This document shows, piece after piece, positions 60,299-64,000 of a stretch of 64,000 nucleotides of DNA. The stretch is taken from NCBI GenBank assembly GCA_902623535.1, contig CACNUA010000004.1, positions 2,112-66,111 on the forward strand, read 5' to 3'. The position numbers and the translations under genes are program-made. How positions within the stretch are numbered: position 1 is the stretch's first letter; every line of letters begins with the position of its first letter. Under the pieces are notes generated by a model, which was not told the origin of the DNA, made no database searches, and saw only the letters and a program-made list of their open reading frames with translations. Source of the DNA: an uncultured SAR86 cluster bacterium (GTDB lineage: Bacteria; Pseudomonadota; Gammaproteobacteria; Magnimaribacterales; D2472).

Positions 60299-61606
60299 GT
60301 GATTAAAATTGCACAAGGATTAGATATACCAATTTCAGGAATGCCATCAAATGAGGTAGAAAATTCTGCCGTCCGGTCGGTAGGTGTTCTTGCGTCCGAT
60401 TATCCAGGTTTGAAACCAACCATGTTGGTAAATATTGGCGATGAAGTTAGTGCTGGAGATAAGCTTTTTGAAAACAAAAAAAATCCTGGATCTTTTATAA
60501 CTGCACCAGGATCTGGAACAATATCTGAAATTAATCGCGGAGAAAAAAGAAAGTTTCTAAGTATATCTATTGATTTAGATGATTCGATAAATCCATTACA
60601 ATTTGATACATCGGATCCAATTAATTGCTTAGAAGAAAGTGGTTATTTTGCTTTCTTTAAAACAAGGCCTTTTAATAGAGTTCCTTCAATAGGTTCAAAA
60701 CCTACTGCTATATTTGTTAATGCATGCGATACCAATCCATTAGCTGTAAGTCCAAGTTCTATCATTAAGCATGAACAAACTAATTTTGATAAGGGTTTAT
60801 GTGTAATATCAAATATTTTCGATCCTGAAATACCAGTTTTTTGTTCTTATTGTGATGAGAAACCATCACCAATTTCTAATATCAATTATAGAGAATTTAA
60901 AGGTAAGCATCCTGCTGGACTAGTAGGCACCCAAGTTCATTTTACTTTGCCTGTTAGTTTGAAACGTCAAGTATGGACAATTGGATATCAAGAAGTAATT
61001 GCTATTGGTCATCTCTTTACAACAGGTAACATTAAACTTGATAAATATGTCTCACTTGGTGGTGAAGGTGTGTATGAGCCAAAGATTCTTAAAACTAATG
61101 CTGGTGCAAATATTGACCAATTAACAGCCGGCAAGATTAAAAATAATACAAGAGTAATTGCAGGATCCGTTTTAAATGGTATTCATGCTAAAGATGTAAT
61201 GAGTTATCTTGGGGCTTTTGATAATCAAATATCTGTCCTTCCAGATGAAGCCAATGATATTTTATTTAACTGGGTAATGCCGGGGTCGAAACTTCATTCT
61301 CAAATGGGTGCATTTTTATCATCATGGATTAAACCCAAGAAATTTATATTTAATACATCAATAAATGGAGGTAATAGGGCAATAGTTCCGCTGCCACCCT
61401 ATGAAGAAGTAATGCCTCTTAATATATTGGCTACACAACTTCTTAAAGCCTTGGTAACAAAGGATATTGAACTTGGCGTAAAGCTAGGAGTTCTTGAGCT
61501 TGCACCTGAAGATTTAGCCTTATCAAGTTACGTATGCCCAAGTAAATACGATTACCAAACAATTCTTCAAGAAAATTTAGATCTCATATATGAGGAAATG
61601 GCATGA
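60299..61606 (+). CDS. nqrA: Na+-translocating NADH:quinone oxidoreductase subunit A
   Basis: I..GLDIPISG.P, KP.MLV..GD, RGEKR, HPAGLVG, LELAPEDLAL.SYVCPSKYDY. Confidence 0.96.
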   Translation: MIKIAQGLDIPISGMPSNEVENSAVRSVGVLASDYPGLKPTMLVNIGDEVSAGDKLFENKKNPGSFITAPGSGTISEINRGEKRKFLSISIDLDDSINPLQFDTSDPINCLEESGYFAFFKTRPFNRVPSIGSKPTAIFVNACDTNPLAVSPSSIIKHEQTNFDKGLCVISNIFDPEIPVFCSYCDEKPSPISNINYREFKGKHPAGLVGTQVHFTLPVSLKRQVWTIGYQEVIAIGHLFTTGNIKLDKYVSLGGEGVYEPKILKTNAGANIDQLTAGKIKNNTRVIAGSVLNGIHAKDVMSYLGAFDNQISVLPDEANDILFNWVMPGSKLHSQMGAFLSSWIKPKKFIFNTSINGGNRAIVPLPPYEEVMPLNILATQLLKALVTKDIELGVKLGVLELAPEDLALSSYVCPSKYDYQTILQENLDLIYEEMA

Positions 61607-62838
61607 AGTTACCAATTCTTAGAAACTTTATTGATAGCCAGAAACCTTTATTCGTTGGTCAAGGAAAGTATTCGAAATGGTTCCCAATTTTTGATGCTAT
61701 TGAAAATTTTATTTTCTCAACTAAATCTAAAACAGCAAATCCAATACATGTAAGGGACTCGATTGATATTCAGAGGGTTATGGTGATAGTGTGGCTATCA
61801 ACATTCCCAGTGATGTTTTTTGGCATGTACAACATTGGAGATTATGGACTTAGTTACCTTAATACAATTGGGGCAACTAATACTGGTGATTGGCATCATC
61901 TATTAATATCAATTGTAGGTTATGAAAATCCAACAGTTTTCTCGAAGTTTTGGTTTGGAGCAGTATATTTTGTTCCTATATATTTTGTTGCTTTTACAGT
62001 CGGGATATTTTGGGAAATAGTTTTTGCTGTCATTAGAAAACATGAAATCAATGAAGGTTTATTTGTTTCATCAGTTCTATTTGCTCTCACATGTCCGCCA
62101 GATTTACCATTATGGCAAGCAGCTCTGGGTATGACTTTTGGAATCGTTATTGGAAAAGAAATATTTGGTGGAACAGGTAAAAACTTTCTTAATCCCGCTC
62201 TAACCGGTAGAGCATTTCTTTATTTTGCTTACCCAAGCCAAATTTCTGGAGACAGAGTTTGGATAGCTGGTCTGTCTGATCAAAACATTGTTCCTGAGGG
62301 TTATAGTGGAGCTACACCCTTGGCTTATGCAGCTGAATCAGGGGCCAATGGTCTTGAAGCTAACTTTAGTTGGTCTGATGCTTTTTTTGGCTTTATACCT
62401 GGATCCGTTGGTGAAACCTCAGTGTTACTAATTGCTGTTTCGGCAATTATTTTATTGATGACAAGAGTTGCTTCATATCGAATTATATTAGGAACATTAA
62501 TTGGAATGATTTTAATGACAAGCATCCTCAATATCGTTGGATCTGACACTAATCCAATGTTTAACGTTCCTTGGTATTGGCATTTAGTGATAGGTAGTTT
62601 TGCATTTGGTTTAGTTTTTATGGCAACAGAACCTGTTTCGGGTTCAGGCACGAATGTAGGTAGGTGGATTTATGGTGGTGTGATTGGTGTGACTGTTATT
62701 TTAATTAGGGTAATTAATCCTGCTTTTCCTGAAGGAATGATGCTTGCAATTTTATTTGCTAATCTACTAGCGCCGGTGATTGATCATCTTGTTGTAAATA
62801 CCAACATAAAAAAACGTGAAAGAGCATTAGCATCATGA
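61603..62838 (+). CDS. nqrB: Na+-NQR subunit B
   Basis: HVRDSIDIQRVM, KEIFGGTGKNFLNPAL, SGATPL (FMN site), FMATEPVS, PEGMMLAILF. Confidence 0.96.
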   Translation: MKLPILRNFIDSQKPLFVGQGKYSKWFPIFDAIENFIFSTKSKTANPIHVRDSIDIQRVMVIVWLSTFPVMFFGMYNIGDYGLSYLNTIGATNTGDWHHLLISIVGYENPTVFSKFWFGAVYFVPIYFVAFTVGIFWEIVFAVIRKHEINEGLFVSSVLFALTCPPDLPLWQAALGMTFGIVIGKEIFGGTGKNFLNPALTGRAFLYFAYPSQISGDRVWIAGLSDQNIVPEGYSGATPLAYAAESGANGLEANFSWSDAFFGFIPGSVGETSVLLIAVSAIILLMTRVASYRIILGTLIGMILMTSILNIVGSDTNPMFNVPWYWHLVIGSFAFGLVFMATEPVSGSGTNVGRWIYGGVIGVTVILIRVINPAFPEGMMLAILFANLLAPVIDHLVVNTNIKKRERALAS

Positions 62839-63611
62839 ATGATTCGATCATCAAAACCTTAAGTGTTGCATTCGCTGTATGCTTGGTGTGCTCCCTATTT
62901 GTTTCATTTGCTGCGGTTAGCTTAAGAGATACTCAAAATCTTAATAAAATCAATGATCAAAGAGTTAAAGTCCTTCAAGCCGCAGGTATATATAATAAGG
63001 CTAATACCAATATTGAAGAACAATTTTCTGTGCTTGAAGCTATGTTTATAGACTTCTCTAATAATCAGGTTGTTTCAGCAATTGATGGGCTTGATCTTGA
63101 TTCATATGATCCTGTTGAATACTCGAGGAAAGATGGATTCTTTACAGCTATTCCAAATGATGAAGATATTGCGATTGTTAAAAATAAAGAAAATTATGGA
63201 AAAATTTTTATTCTTCGTGACGAGAATAACTCAATAAATAAAGTTGTTCTTCCAATTAGGGGATATGGGCTTTGGGGTACACTTTTTGGATATATATCAT
63301 TAGCTGCAGATTTAAATACTGTTGAGGGCCTAGAATTTTATAGTCATAAAGAGACACCTGGTTTAGGTGGTGAGGTAGATAATCCAAGATGGAAAAAGAT
63401 TTGGATTGGTAAGAAGGTATATAACAACAATAAAAATGTATCACTTGAAGTTATCAAAGGTAGTGTGAATCCACAAGATCAGTATATTGACTATAAAGTT
63501 GATGGTTTATCAGGAGCTACATTAACAAGCAGAGGTGTTACAAATATGCTTGCTTATTGGTTTGGCGAATCAGGATACAAGCAGGTTTTGGAGAACTTAA
63601 AGAATGGCTAA
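62835..63611 (+). CDS. nqrC: Na+-NQR subunit C
   Basis: [38 protein letters not shown]. Confidence 0.96.
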   Translation: MNDSIIKTLSVAFAVCLVCSLFVSFAAVSLRDTQNLNKINDQRVKVLQAAGIYNKANTNIEEQFSVLEAMFIDFSNNQVVSAIDGLDLDSYDPVEYSRKDGFFTAIPNDEDIAIVKNKENYGKIFILRDENNSINKVVLPIRGYGLWGTLFGYISLAADLNTVEGLEFYSHKETPGLGGEVDNPRWKKIWIGKKVYNNNKNVSLEVIKGSVNPQDQYIDYKVDGLSGATLTSRGVTNMLAYWFGESGYKQVLENLKNG

Positions 63612-64000
63612 TAAATATAAAGAAATTCTTTTAAAGCCTATCATTGCCGAAAATCCTATCACGCTTCAGATTTTAGGTATTTGTTCAGCTCTTGCTGTAA
63701 CTAGCAACCTTACGGTCACACTTATCATGTGTGTTGCCCTTACTAGCGTTGTTTCTTTGTCTAATTTATTTATATCTATTATAAGAAATCATATCCCTTC
63801 GAGTGTCAGGATTATTGTGCAGATGACAATCATCGCATCCCTTGTGATTGTTGTTGATGAGTTGCTCAAGGCTTATGACTATGAGACAAGTAAGAAACTA
63901 TCAGTTTTTGTAGGTTTGATTATTACTAATTGTATTGTGATGGGTAGGGCTGAAGCTTTTGCTATGAAAGAGAAACCATTTCCAAGTTTTATAGATGGAC
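63604..64000 (+). CDS. nqrD: Na+-NQR subunit D (3'-partial; not in the ORF track)
   Basis: [33 protein letters not shown]...[18 protein letters not shown]...[21 protein letters not shown]. Confidence 0.95.
   Translation, partial: MANKYKEILLKPIIAENPITLQILGICSALAVTSNLTVTLIMCVALTSVVSLSNLFISIIRNHIPSSVRIIVQMTIIASLVIVVDELLKAYDYETSKKLSVFVGLIITNCIVMGRAEAFAMKEKPFPSFIDG

Noticed and set aside
1066-63444. Numerous 60-146 aa ORFs nested in or antisense to long genes (e.g. 1066-1356, 2655-2978, 45231-45566, 59254-59694, 62325-62651)
   Set aside because: Shadow ORFs of well-supported genes, with no recognisable motifs.

Overview
Very AT-rich, densely packed chromosomal window from a genome-streamlined marine gammaproteobacterium. 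Gene content and order suggest SAR86 or a relative; this is an inference, not a database result. It holds about 65 CDSs and one tRNA-Ser(UGA). I saw no integrase, IS, CRISPR array or prophage. Core blocks: serS (partial), trpS, hemH, lolC/E-lolD-exbB-exbD-msbA::lpxK-ycaR-kdsB-murB, ETF-QO/etfB/etfA, trmA, nfuA, mfd, gap and nqrABCD (partial). Many lipid and fatty-acid catabolic genes are interspersed (acyl-CoA dehydrogenases, SDRs, esterases, a GMC oxidoreductase, an aldehyde dehydrogenase). Most notable: (1) an in-frame MsbA-LpxK fusion; (2) an Oar-like TonB-dependent receptor with a Pho-box-like repeat upstream, followed by a 2OG-Fe(II) oxygenase and a CNT nucleoside transporter, a candidate nucleotide/nucleoside scavenging system; (3) an orphan MGME1-like or phage-type PD-(D/E)XK exonuclease inside a lipid-metabolism operon; (4) a recurring -10 hexamer 5-7 nt before start codons, suggesting widespread leaderless mRNAs; (5) two small proteins absent from the ORF track. 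All product calls come from motif recognition by eye, with no searches run.
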